Assembly (NCBI GenBank): GCA_049654745.1
Contig: JBASIK010000202.1
Location: forward strand, 9,111-73,110
DNA length: 64,000 bases
DNA from: Bacteroidales bacterium
GTDB taxonomy: Bacteria; Bacteroidota; Bacteroidia; Bacteroidales; VadinHA17
Direction: 5' to 3'
Made by a program: the position numbers and the translations under genes. The notes under the pieces are model-generated. The model had not been told where the DNA came from, did not search any database, and saw only the letters and a program-made list of their open reading frames with translations. Below are positions 1 through 9,806 of this stretch, in pieces; position 1 is the stretch's first letter, and every line of letters starts with the position of its first letter.

Positions 1-139
1 TGATAATTCTTATTGCCTTTCTCCGCCAGTAAATATCAGCACCAAATGATAAAAGACGGTTTAGAAAATCGTAATGCTTTGCAATCGAATCAAACATTGA
101 TTCGACTTCTTTCTTATTGGCATTTGGAGTATCTTTCAC
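1..139 (-). CDS. ubiE: UbiE/MenG-family demethylmenaquinone/ubiquinone C-methyltransferase, 5' end only (gene continues past the left edge)
   Basis: My own minus-strand translation from GTG at 139-137 gives (M)[45 protein letters not shown]. This matches the N-terminal MFDxIAxxYDxxNxxLSxGxDxxWRR signature of UbiE/MenG. It is too short for the ORF track. The plus-strand ORF 13..288 is its antisense artefact. Confidence 0.6.
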   Translation of the reverse strand, partial: MKDTPNANKKEVESMFDSIAKHYDFLNRLLSFGADIYWRRKAIRII

Positions 140-208
140 ATGTATGTGGTTTACAAATAATTGAATATAAATATTATCGCTTGTTATTAATTCTCATTTT
201 TAAATTTT

Positions 209-367
209 GGGGCTGTCTAAAAAGCCTCTTTATTGTTTTCATACCTGAATCCCTGCATTTACTACAGCAACGTCGGACAGGCCCTTAGAGAGGACTTGTT
301 ATTATACAATATTTTAGCTCTTATGTTTCTATTATACTTGCTAATACACATCTTTTTAGACAGCCCC
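209..367. repeat. IR-bounded element, copy 1 (16-bp perfect inverted repeats around 127 bp)
   Basis: GGGGCTGTCTAAAAAG at 209-224 and its exact reverse complement CTTTTTAGACAGCCCC at 352-367. The left ~48 nt resemble 29408-29455. Confidence 0.6.
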
Positions 368-695
368 GGTTCATCAGCTTTTTTGAAATGAAACAGGTTG
401 ACAAAAATATGAAAAATGTTAACCTAAAACATGATAAGACATCATATAAGCTCCTTTTTGCTTTTTCTTTTATAATTATGAATCTGTCATCTCCTTAACA
501 GGTTTACAGGATAATAGAAAATACCAGTCCCATTGCCAGGGGGGTTGGGGAGTGAACAATAAGCCCCCTCTTAACGAATTAGAGAGGGAGTGAGGAGAGT
601 ACATACATTATATTATATGATAACACAGTCTATTCTTACTTTTGCTTTACATTTATTCATATTTTTATGCCACATTTAAGTAAATTAAGTGAGTC

Positions 696-1457
696 ATGAA
701 TAAAATAATAATGATAACAGGTGCCACGGCCGGTTTCGGCAGGGCAACAGCGAAGAAATTCGCAGAAAACGGGTATAATGTGATAATTACCGGCAGAAGG
801 ACAGAACGGCTCGATGAGGTAAAAAAAGAGCTTGGAAAAAATAAAGGTATAAAAGTTCTGCCCCTTAATTTTGACGTAAGAAAAAGGTATGAAGTTGAGG
901 ACATTATAAATGAAATGCCTGATGAATGGAAGAATATCGATATCCTGGTGAACAATGCCGGACTTGCTGTTGGGCTCGATCCGATTGACAGAGGCAACAT
1001 TGATGACTGGGACAGGATGGTTGATACCAATATCAAGGGTATACTTTATGTTACAAGGGCGGTGGTTCCCTTTATGGTTGCCCGGAAAACGGGTCATATT
1101 TTCAATATTTCATCCATTGCAGGAAAGGAGGAATATGAAAACGGCAATGTGTACTGTGCTACAAAACATGCAGTTGATTCCTTATCGAGGTCGATGAGGA
1201 TTGACCTTTTGAAACATAATATAAAAGTTACAAATATTGCACCCGGGATGGCTGAGACAGAATTCTCTTTGGTAAGGTTCAAGGACGACAGAAAGAGGGC
1301 AAAGGAGGTGTACCGTGGTGTCGACCCTCTTACTGCTGAAGACATTGCAGATGTTATCTACTGGTGTGCAACCCGACCCCCGCATGTTTGCATAAACGAT
1401 ATCACCATAACACCTCTGCAACAGGCTAATGTGCACCATATCAACAGAAGACAATAG
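696..1457 (+). CDS. Short-chain dehydrogenase/reductase (YdfG-like NADP-dependent SDR)
   Basis: 253-aa ORF with TGATAGFG (TGxxxGxG), NNAG and the catalytic YCATK (YxxxK) motif. Confidence 0.9.
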   Translation: MNKIIMITGATAGFGRATAKKFAENGYNVIITGRRTERLDEVKKELGKNKGIKVLPLNFDVRKRYEVEDIINEMPDEWKNIDILVNNAGLAVGLDPIDRGNIDDWDRMVDTNIKGILYVTRAVVPFMVARKTGHIFNISSIAGKEEYENGNVYCATKHAVDSLSRSMRIDLLKHNIKVTNIAPGMAETEFSLVRFKDDRKRAKEVYRGVDPLTAEDIADVIYWCATRPPHVCINDITITPLQQANVHHINRRQ

Positions 1458-1481
1458 GAAGCCTTCTGGACAAGCCAGATG

Positions 1482-2237
1482 TCATTGATTCATAAATCCT
1501 TGTTCTTCAAGAACTTTGAGTAACATTCTGGAAAAATAGACATTGTCTTCCTTTTTATATCTCACATCTGTAAAGACCTGTGCCAGGGTTTCCTTGTTAT
1601 TTTCTCTTATGTATTGCAATGAATCGGCTCTTTGTTCTTTTTCGTGATAGATTCTATCTATATCCTCTGCAGAATAATCGTGGTAGGTTTCATGATGGAT
1701 TACTGCATCAAGAGGCAGGCGGTCGACCTGCTCTGGAATCTCTGCAGGCCAACCCAGTGCTATTGTTGTAACAGGCACCACTCCTGTGGGCAGTTTAAGA
1801 ACCTCTATAATCTTATGTGCCATATATGTTGTAGTTCCAAGATAACATATTCCCAGACCCGAAGACTCAGCTGCTATGCAAACAGTCTGGGCAACTAGAA
1901 GGGCATCAATAGCTGCTGTGAGGAATGAAAGAAAATTATCATAGCCTGGCTCAGCCTTTCTCATCCGGCACCATTTACTGAATCTGTTAAAGTCGGCGCA
2001 GAAAGTGAGAAGCACCGGTGCCTCTGTAACCATTTTCTGGTTGAAATGCAAAGGCAGAAGTTGCTTTTTGATTTCATTATCGCGGGTAACTATTATGCTG
2101 TAAACCTGCATATTGCCTGTTGTAGATGCCCGTATACCTGCAGCGAGAATTTTATTCAGCAATGCATCATCAACATCCCTCTCAGAATATTTTCTGATGG
2201 TCCTTCTATTTATCAGAATTTCAAATATCTTATCCAT
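1482..2237 (-). CDS. Nitroreductase-family FMN oxidoreductase
   Basis: 251-aa ORF. The N-terminal INRRTIRKYS motif and overall layout are typical of the NfsA/nitroreductase fold. Confidence 0.8.
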   Translation of the reverse strand: MDKIFEILINRRTIRKYSERDVDDALLNKILAAGIRASTTGNMQVYSIIVTRDNEIKKQLLPLHFNQKMVTEAPVLLTFCADFNRFSKWCRMRKAEPGYDNFLSFLTAAIDALLVAQTVCIAAESSGLGICYLGTTTYMAHKIIEVLKLPTGVVPVTTIALGWPAEIPEQVDRLPLDAVIHHETYHDYSAEDIDRIYHEKEQRADSLQYIRENNKETLAQVFTDVRYKKEDNVYFSRMLLKVLEEQGFMNQ

Positions 2238-2427
2238 GATTCATTGTTTTTTGTTTGACTGTCAAATATTCCTGTTAATTTAAAGTGCGTGTAAAGATAA
2301 GAAGTAAATAATTATGCAAATGCCGGTTACCGGTTACCCTTTACTACCTATAACCGGTTCCTCCCGAAGCATGAAGTACTCAGGCTAACCTTATGATACT
2401 GACTCTTTAGGATTCGTTACCTGCATG

Positions 2428-3378
2428 TTAGAACCGTTTTGTATAGCCGTGACAATAAGGCAGTTTACCTGTTTTAAAATAATAATCCTGGTGATAATCT
2501 TCAGCTTCGTAGAATTCTGATGCTTTTGTGATGCGGGTTGCAACATTCAGCCCTTTGCTTTTAAGTATACCTATATATTTCTCAGCCAGTGTCTTTTGTT
2601 CACTGTTCAGCCAGAATATTTCCGAGCGGTATTGTTCTCCCACATCCGGTCCCTGCCTGTTAACCTGGGTGGGGTCGTGTATTTCAAGGAAAAGTTTCAG
2701 AAGCTTTTCGTATGATGTTTTGCGGGTATCGTAAATTACCTTCACGGCCTCTGCGTGACCGGTCTTTCCGGTGCATACTTCGCGGTATGAAGGATTTTTA
2801 ACATGTCCTCCGGTATATCCTGATGTAACAGACACAACGCCAGGTTCTTTCTGAAGGAAATATTCTACTCCCCAGAAACATCCACCTGCGAATATTGCGG
2901 TACCATACCTTCCTGGCTCAATTTTTGAAGGAACAAAATCGAGTGAAAGGGAGTTCACACAATGACGGGTGTTGCGCGGAGTAAATCCCTCACCAGTAAA
3001 CACATGACCAAGGTGCCCCCCACAATAGCTGCAGGTAATTTCAGTTCGCCTGCCATCGGGGTCGGGCTTGCGTGTAACTGCCCCGGGTATTTCGGCATCG
3101 AAGCTCGGCCAGCCGCAATGTGCGTCAAACTTGCTGTCGGAGTAAAACAACGCCGACCCGCATTGTTTGCAAATATATGTACCAGTTGCAAAGAGTTTCT
3201 CGTATTTTCCCGAAAAAGGAGGTTCTGTTCCTTTTCCGAGTATCACAGCCGACTCTGCAGGCAACAGTTCGTTCAAAGGAGGCTGTTTTTGGGCAAAATT
3301 CTCAGAGCTCATAATGACAAAAATCAGTAATAGTAAAATTTTATTTTTCTGAATAAACATTTTAAACATGCTTTTCAT
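2428..3378 (-). CDS. msrAB: Exported bifunctional methionine sulfoxide reductase, MsrB domain then MsrA domain
   Basis: A signal-peptide-like N-terminus is followed by MsrB zinc/catalytic motifs (CKQCGSALF, CGWPSF, CSYCGGHLGHVF). The MsrA GGCFWGVE active-site motif follows. Confidence 0.9.
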   Translation of the reverse strand: MKSMFKMFIQKNKILLLLIFVIMSSENFAQKQPPLNELLPAESAVILGKGTEPPFSGKYEKLFATGTYICKQCGSALFYSDSKFDAHCGWPSFDAEIPGAVTRKPDPDGRRTEITCSYCGGHLGHVFTGEGFTPRNTRHCVNSLSLDFVPSKIEPGRYGTAIFAGGCFWGVEYFLQKEPGVVSVTSGYTGGHVKNPSYREVCTGKTGHAEAVKVIYDTRKTSYEKLLKLFLEIHDPTQVNRQGPDVGEQYRSEIFWLNSEQKTLAEKYIGILKSKGLNVATRITKASEFYEAEDYHQDYYFKTGKLPYCHGYTKRF

Positions 3379-3571
3379 CTAAAAACAATTTCCTGTGCAA
3401 ATGGTTCACCAGAAACACAATAAAAATAGGCATGATACGTTTGGTTATTACCCTGAACTGAAAAGTAAAAAACAGATTTTGAACAGTTAATTATTAAAAT
3501 TGTTATAAGAGTACTTGTTTTTAACATTAAAAACTTATTTTTGTCATAGAAATTTTAACCAGAATTATAAC

Positions 3572-3700
3572 ATGAAAAGACTTGTTTTTATTCTGCTTCT
3601 GGCTACTGTGATTGTTGTCGCAACAAGTTCATGCACAAAAAAGACATGTCCTGCCTATAGCAAAGCAGTGACTGAGAATACAGAGCTGAGAAGGGGTTGA
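3572..3700 (+). CDS. Small putative lipoprotein (42 aa)
   Basis: ATG at 3572 gives MKRLVFILLLATVIVVATSSC, a lipobox-like signal, then CTKKTCPAY. There is no other support. The upstream part of ORF 3515..3700 is unlikely to be coding. Confidence 0.35.
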   Translation: MKRLVFILLLATVIVVATSSCTKKTCPAYSKAVTENTELRRG

Positions 3701-3741
3701 AACACCCTCTTATCATAATTTCACCTTTCGGGAAAACTGTA

Positions 3742-4536
3742 ATGAGGAAGCTGTACATATCAGCATTGTTTGTTTTGTTTTTCGGATATCAACTTTCCGG
3801 CCAGGGTGAAATTGATGAACAGGCAAGGATTGTCTTCCGCAATGAGTTCACATTTGGTCTTATTTTAAGTACTGACGGTTACGGGATAAGTTACAGGGAG
3901 GGAAAGAGGCTGGATTATTTCAACAGAAGGCTTCTTGAGTTTGATATGGTTACCCTCAAGCATCCTAAAGAAGTCAGGCTTACCAATCCTGCCTATCAGA
4001 CTCCGGGTTCATTTATCTTCGGCAAAAAAAACTCTGTAGTTGTTTTCAGGGGTGGTATTGGACATCAGAAAGAGATTTTTGAAAAGGGAGATCTGGGAGG
4101 AGTTGCTGTGAGATACTTTTACACTGCGGGGCCCGTTATTGCCTTTTACAAGCCTATTTATTACAAAATTCTCAAGTTTGTAAGTTCCTACGAGGCTGAG
4201 ATCATTGAAGAAAAATTTGATGTCAGGAAGCATGATCCCACAATGATTTATGGGAAATGTTCTTTTTTCAAAGGCATAGAAGAAGGCAAGTTACTGCCGG
4301 GTCTTTACGGCAAGGCAGGTTTCAACTTTGAATACAGCAGGCAGGAAAAAGTGATTCATGCCATTGAAATCGGAGCCCAGATAGATGCATTTCCCAAAGC
4401 CATTCCAATAATGGATGTGGCTAAAAACAAAGCTGTATATTTCTCCCTCTTTGCCAGTTACCGTTTTGGCATGATAATAGATCCTCTGAATCCTGAAGCA
4501 AACAAATTGTCAAATATTTTCAGGGTAAGACGGTAG
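3742..4536 (+). CDS. Hypothetical secreted/outer-membrane protein
   Basis: ATG at 3742 gives a signal peptide (MRKLYISALFVLFFGYQLSGQ). The body is rich in alternating aromatic/Gly beta-strand-like segments. The TTG at 3697 used by the ORF track is less likely. Confidence 0.55.
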   Translation: MRKLYISALFVLFFGYQLSGQGEIDEQARIVFRNEFTFGLILSTDGYGISYREGKRLDYFNRRLLEFDMVTLKHPKEVRLTNPAYQTPGSFIFGKKNSVVVFRGGIGHQKEIFEKGDLGGVAVRYFYTAGPVIAFYKPIYYKILKFVSSYEAEIIEEKFDVRKHDPTMIYGKCSFFKGIEEGKLLPGLYGKAGFNFEYSRQEKVIHAIEIGAQIDAFPKAIPIMDVAKNKAVYFSLFASYRFGMIIDPLNPEANKLSNIFRVRR

Positions 4537-4606
4537 TAATTCAATTTATCACATACGGTTTGCCAGATGAATTTTTTTTTCTATTTTTGGCAGTTCATTG
4601 TATTAA

Positions 4607-5629
<1,023 letters not shown>

Positions 5630-5660
5630 CAGGCACGGGAATAAATCTTGTTTTCATGAA

Positions 5661-5691
5661 AAAAGGGGCTTCTGAAAAAGCCCCTTTTTTT
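5661..5691 (+). terminator. Intrinsic terminator after gap
   Basis: AGGGGCT (5664-5670) pairs with AGCCCCT (5679-5685) and is followed by a T-run. Confidence 0.75.
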
Positions 5692-5822
5692 GCCTCAAAC
5701 AATCAGTGTTTATCCTGCAAGTTTCTCAGATATTAAATCCAGATTCTCAACCTGAAAATTTTCACTTATCGCTTCTTTATCATATAAGCTGACTGAAAGG
5801 AGACCCTAACCTTCACGACTAT

Positions 5823-6200
5823 TCAAATTATCATTTCAATTGTGAGTGGTATTCCTGCGGCATCGCGATAATGTTCACCGAGCTCAAGCATAGCTTCATC
5901 ATCTTCTTCGTACAGCCATTTGATGTTAACTTTCTTCCCGGAATCTATAAAGAATGAAAGTTTTCGAAGAATTTCATACAGGTATTTTGAAGACCCGCTA
6001 TTGATGTATTCCAGCATAATATCAACATCGAGCGAATCATTTTTTTCAAAATGGCTGGTAATCCACTCGTCAAGTTTCCTGAAAATAAGTTCAGGATTTT
6101 CCGGAATAGAACGGCCCTTTAACTCCAGTTTATTTATTGCAGGATAATAATATATTCTCGGACAGTTCTTAAGTTCTTCCTGAATGACTAATTTTTCCAT
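5823..6200 (-). CDS. DUF1987 / SiaC-like small regulatory protein
   Basis: 125 aa. The pattern PRIYYYPAINKLELKGRSIPENPELIF...EYINSGSSKYLYEILRKL matches what I recall for the DUF1987 (SiaC) family. Confidence 0.6.
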   Translation of the reverse strand: MEKLVIQEELKNCPRIYYYPAINKLELKGRSIPENPELIFRKLDEWITSHFEKNDSLDVDIMLEYINSGSSKYLYEILRKLSFFIDSGKKVNIKWLYEEDDEAMLELGEHYRDAAGIPLTIEMII

Positions 6201-6217
6201 ATAGAAAAATATTTTAA

Positions 6218-7462
6218 TTATTCATATCTGAGAGCTTCAATCGGGTCGACATTAGCCGCCTTCACAGCTGGCGCGTAACCCGATGCGATCCCAACAATAA
6301 AACAAACTACAATTCCTGTTCCCACCCATAACCATGGAATAACAAAACTGGATTTCAGCATTGAAGATACAACATTTCCGATAATTACACCCAGAATTAT
6401 GCCAAAAAATCCACCCATTTGTCCTATCAATATTGATTCGAAGAGGAACTGGTTTTTAATTGTTGAGGGTTTTGCTCCTACTGCCTTCCGGGTACCTATC
6501 TCGCGTGTACGTTCAGTTACCGAGACAAGCATGATATTCATAAGTCCGACAGAAGCACCAAAGAGGGTTATTATACCAATAAGTGTTGCTGCCAGAGTAA
6601 CATACCTGATATTCTGAAGAAGCAATGTAACTATGTTGTCGCTTCTTGTAATATTAAAATCTGATTCATCCCTCGGATTAAGATTCCGTACAATTCTGAA
6701 TACGGCTTCTGCAGCACCTGCAACAACTTCGAGGTTGGCAGGTTTGTGAGGCATCACGGTAATACTGAATGTCATATTGGGCCTCGAAAAATACTGCCTT
6801 GCTGTTGTGACTGGCATCAGGCACACATTATCACTACTTACTGCACTGGCACCCCTCGACTTCAGTACACCTATAACCCTCAGGTTCATTCCGGCAACAT
6901 TTATCTCCGTTCCCACAGGGTCGGTTCCTGCCGGATAAAGGCTTCTGACTATTTCAGACCCTATTACAACATAATGACGTGCCATCCTGACTTCTTCTTG
7001 CGAAAAGTTTCTACCCGATTCAATTTCATACCCCGAAACTGTCAGATAGTCTTCGTCAACACCTACAAGCGACACGTTCGGGTTAGTCTTCTCCGATCCA
7101 TATTTTACAGTTGCCATCCCCGAAGCATTATAAGAAATTGACACCCAGGCAGGTTCTTCAAATCTTCTTTTGAACTCTTCTGCTTCCCGGTACGAAATCC
7201 TTGAATAGTTCCTCGCTCTGTAACTTGAACTCCCTATCTGAATGTTCATCCCTCTCGATGAAATCGTGAATGAATTAGCCCCCATCATTGTGAACTGCTC
7301 AGTGAGAGAGGTTTTAATGGCATCAATGGCGGTAAGTATACCAATAAGAGCCATAATACCGAATGCAATAATGCAGACAGTTAAAATAGTTCTTACCCGG
7401 TTTGACTTTATTGCTCGCACCGCAATCCTTAAATTCTCTCTGAAAATACTGAATCTGAACAT
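6218..7462 (-). CDS. ABC transporter permease, MacB/FtsX type
   Basis: 414 aa with an N-terminal TM helix, a ~230-aa periplasmic MacB-type domain and a C-terminal FtsX three-helix bundle ([15 protein letters not shown] motif). Confidence 0.88.
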   Translation of the reverse strand: MFRFSIFRENLRIAVRAIKSNRVRTILTVCIIAFGIMALIGILTAIDAIKTSLTEQFTMMGANSFTISSRGMNIQIGSSSYRARNYSRISYREAEEFKRRFEEPAWVSISYNASGMATVKYGSEKTNPNVSLVGVDEDYLTVSGYEIESGRNFSQEEVRMARHYVVIGSEIVRSLYPAGTDPVGTEINVAGMNLRVIGVLKSRGASAVSSDNVCLMPVTTARQYFSRPNMTFSITVMPHKPANLEVVAGAAEAVFRIVRNLNPRDESDFNITRSDNIVTLLLQNIRYVTLAATLIGIITLFGASVGLMNIMLVSVTERTREIGTRKAVGAKPSTIKNQFLFESILIGQMGGFFGIILGVIIGNVVSSMLKSSFVIPWLWVGTGIVVCFIVGIASGYAPAVKAANVDPIEALRYE

Positions 7463-7515
7463 AATACCGGGTTTAGCTAATTGACCAACAGATTTAGAGC
7501 TAAAAATACAAAATT

Positions 7516-7577
7516 TTCAACTAGATACAAAAAGCTGTTCAACTAAAAAATATTTAACAAATTAGTTGAAAAACTAA
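7516..7577. promoter_or_regulatory. Cluster of TTCAACTA(A/G) half-sites (candidate BlaI-type operator)
   Basis: TTCAACTAG at 7516-7524 and TTCAACTAA at 7538-7546. The inverted TTAGTTGAA sits at 7562-7570, and AACTAA at 7572-7577 forms TTAGTT-GAAA-AACTAA. The cluster lies directly upstream of the -7 box at 7589-7596. Confidence 0.4.
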
Positions 7578-7588
7578 AAATTTCGTTA

Positions 7589-7596
7589 TATTTTTG
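7589..7596 (+). promoter_or_regulatory. Bacteroidota -7 promoter box (TATTTTTG)
   Basis: Matches TAnnTTTG, 31 nt upstream of the blaI-like ATG. Confidence 0.45.
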
Positions 7597-7626
7597 TATT
7601 GGTTAATAATCAAAAAAACTAAAATC

Positions 7627-8010
7627 ATGAGATTAACAAGAGCAGAAGAAGAAGTTATGCAGGTACTCTGGAAAATTAAAAAGGGATTTGTTAAAGATAT
7701 CCTGGAACATTTCCCGGAACCTAAGCCTGCCTATACTACAATCAGCACTATAATAAGAATCCTTCAGGACAAAGGTTACGTAACCCACAAGGCACATGGC
7801 CGCTCACATGAATACTTCCCTCAGATATCAAAAGAGGAATATACAAAAACTCATATTAAAAATTTTGTACATGACTACTTCTCCAAATCTTTCAAAAACC
7901 TTATAAGTTTTCTTATTGAATCAAAAAGCATTTCATTAAAAGAGATGGAGGAAAGCATTAAAATTATGCAGAATGAAGTTAAAAGACGCAAGAAAAAACA
8001 AAGGAAATAA
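7627..8010 (+). CDS. BlaI/MecI/CopY-family transcriptional repressor
   Basis: The winged-helix N-terminus (MRLTRAEEEVMQVLW...YTTISTIIRILQDKGYV) is typical of the Penicillinase_R family. I chose the ATG at 7627 over the TTG at 7594. Confidence 0.85.
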   Translation: MRLTRAEEEVMQVLWKIKKGFVKDILEHFPEPKPAYTTISTIIRILQDKGYVTHKAHGRSHEYFPQISKEEYTKTHIKNFVHDYFSKSFKNLISFLIESKSISLKEMEESIKIMQNEVKRRKKKQRK

Positions 8011-8060
8011 ACTTATAAAATGGTGCAGTAGATCATTTTTTTACCTGAAAAAACAAAAAG

Positions 8061-8096
8061 CCTTCCCGTTTTTAAAGCAGGAAGGTTTTTGTTTTT
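8061..8096 (+). terminator. Intrinsic terminator after the BlaI-like gene
   Basis: CCTTCC (8061-8066) pairs with GGAAGG (8080-8085), followed by TTTTTGTTTTT. Confidence 0.65.
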
Positions 8097-8115
8097 CATA
8101 CTCACTGGAAAAAAC

Positions 8116-8123
8116 TAATTTTG
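8116..8123 (+). promoter_or_regulatory. Bacteroidota -7 promoter box (TAATTTTG)
   Basis: Matches TAnnTTTG, 22 nt upstream of the ATG at 8145. Confidence 0.45.
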
Positions 8124-8144
8124 CATCGTTACAGAATTCTTAAA

Positions 8145-9185
8145 ATGAAATTATCAGATAGAATTTCATGTTTTGCACAGCTGGGGGATATACTCAGGGA
8201 GGCACTGGAAGGCAGGGGAAAGTATGCCGGAAAAATTGAGAATCTTATCAACCGCCAGCAGTTCGTAAATCCATGGTTTACACCGGAAAACGTCAGAATG
8301 GCTCTTAAAGCCATTTCTGTCAATCTAACTGAAAAAAAACTGAGGGAATGGACTGGAAGGTATCCGGAGCTTAGTATAGACTATTCTCCTGTTAACGTGG
8401 GAGTTATCATGGCAGGTAATATTCCACTGGTAGGCTTTCATGATTTTCTTTCGGTTCTTATCACAGGCAACAGGATTATTGCACGCACAAGTTCGAAAGA
8501 TCCTGAATTGCCGGTTGCTATAGCAGAAATACTATACGATATCAGTGATGAATTCAGGGAACTGATCGAATTCAGCGATGGTATTATTAAAGGATTCGAT
8601 GCGGTGATTGCAACCGGAAGCAACAATACATCGAGGTATTTTGAATATTATTTCGGGAAATATCACAGTCTCATAAGGAAAAACCGCAATAGTGTTGCCA
8701 TTATTACAGGTAATGAGGATGAAAGCGAGCTTGAAAAGCTAGGTGAGGATATTTTTTCATATTTCGGGCTTGGATGTAGAAACGTTTCAAAGATTTTTAT
8801 TCCTGAATATTTTGATGTTGATTCTTTAAAAAAATACTGGGAAAAATATTCCGGACTCATTAACCACACAAAATACGGTAACAACTATGATTACTACAAA
8901 GCTGTATATCTTGTAAACAAAGAGGCTTTCACCGACAGCGGTTTCTATCTGATGAAAGAAGACCCAGCCTATGCATCACCTGTCTCTGTAATTTATTATG
9001 AATATTATAGAAGAGATGAAGATTTTTCTTTTCTTTTCGACTCTGACAAAGAGAAAATACAGTGCATTGTGGGAAGGGGTCTGATTGATTTTGGAAAAAC
9101 TCAATGGCCTGAATTGTGGGATTATGCTGATGACATTGATACAATTGAATTTATTTTAAAAAAAAATCTGGGAGAGGCATTGTAA
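8145..9185 (+). CDS. LuxC-like acyl-CoA reductase family protein
   Basis: ~346 aa from the ATG at 8145. Overall resemblance to Bacteroidota proteins annotated as acyl-CoA reductase (LuxC family). This is a recognition-level call only. Confidence 0.6.
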   Translation: MKLSDRISCFAQLGDILREALEGRGKYAGKIENLINRQQFVNPWFTPENVRMALKAISVNLTEKKLREWTGRYPELSIDYSPVNVGVIMAGNIPLVGFHDFLSVLITGNRIIARTSSKDPELPVAIAEILYDISDEFRELIEFSDGIIKGFDAVIATGSNNTSRYFEYYFGKYHSLIRKNRNSVAIITGNEDESELEKLGEDIFSYFGLGCRNVSKIFIPEYFDVDSLKKYWEKYSGLINHTKYGNNYDYYKAVYLVNKEAFTDSGFYLMKEDPAYASPVSVIYYEYYRRDEDFSFLFDSDKEKIQCIVGRGLIDFGKTQWPELWDYADDIDTIEFILKKNLGEAL

Positions 9186-9230
9186 AAACAAAAAAATATT
9201 ATATTGCACCGCCTCAATTAGCAAAGAGTT

Positions 9231-9782
9231 ATGGTTTATAAATTTGTTGTACTATCGGATGAAGATGACTCATTTGTAAGGGAGTTTGAGTTGCTCGACC
9301 GCCAGACTCTGCTCGATTTTCACAATATTCTTCAGGAAGAGCTGGAGTTTGACAAATCGCAGATGGCTTCTTTTTATCTGGCATCGAACAACTGGGAAAA
9401 AGAAGAAGAATTCACCCTCATTGACATGGGTGCAGGTTCTTCTACCATGGAAGATGCGGTTCTTGAAGAGATAATTTATAAAAAGAATCAGAAATTGCTT
9501 TACGTCTTCGATTTCTTCAATGAAAGGGCTCTTTTCATCGAGTATGTAGGTGATACAAAGGAAGTTGAAGGCAGACAATATCCTGTTTGCACTAATTCCA
9601 AAGGCTTACCGCCAAAACAAATCGTCTTCGGAGCTGCTTCAAGGAGAAACCTGAGCCCTCTTACCATTGATGACGAGGAAGAAGAGGAAGACATTGACGT
9701 GGATGATGTATTTTTCAACGGCGACGAGGATGAAGGACTGAGTGATTTCGAAAGCTTCGACCAGACAGAAGAAGAGGAATAG
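9231..9782 (+). CDS. Conserved hypothetical protein with a poly-acidic C-terminal tail
   Basis: 183 aa. A compact N-terminal domain (MVYKFVVLSDEDDSFVREFELLD...) is followed by ~45 residues dominated by D/E. It lies 24 bp upstream of miaA on the same strand. It may be pRiA4b ORF-3-like, but that is unverified. Confidence 0.6.
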   Translation: MVYKFVVLSDEDDSFVREFELLDRQTLLDFHNILQEELEFDKSQMASFYLASNNWEKEEEFTLIDMGAGSSTMEDAVLEEIIYKKNQKLLYVFDFFNERALFIEYVGDTKEVEGRQYPVCTNSKGLPPKQIVFGAASRRNLSPLTIDDEEEEEDIDVDDVFFNGDEDEGLSDFESFDQTEEEE

Positions 9783-9806
9783 ACCTCTTCAATTTCTTGA
9801 CACTTC

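Noticed and set aside
13-288. A 91-aa plus-strand ORF at the left edge.
   Set aside because: It has no recognisable motifs. The opposite strand of 1-139 encodes a convincing UbiE/MenG N-terminus, and the rest overlaps the IR element.
388-498. A small 36-aa ORF (MKQVDKNMKNVNLKHDKTSYKLLFAFSFIIMNLSSP) in the long ubiE-SDR intergenic region.
   Set aside because: There is no ribosome-binding context or conservation evidence available, and the region is AT-rich where such ORFs arise by chance. I cannot support it from sequence alone.
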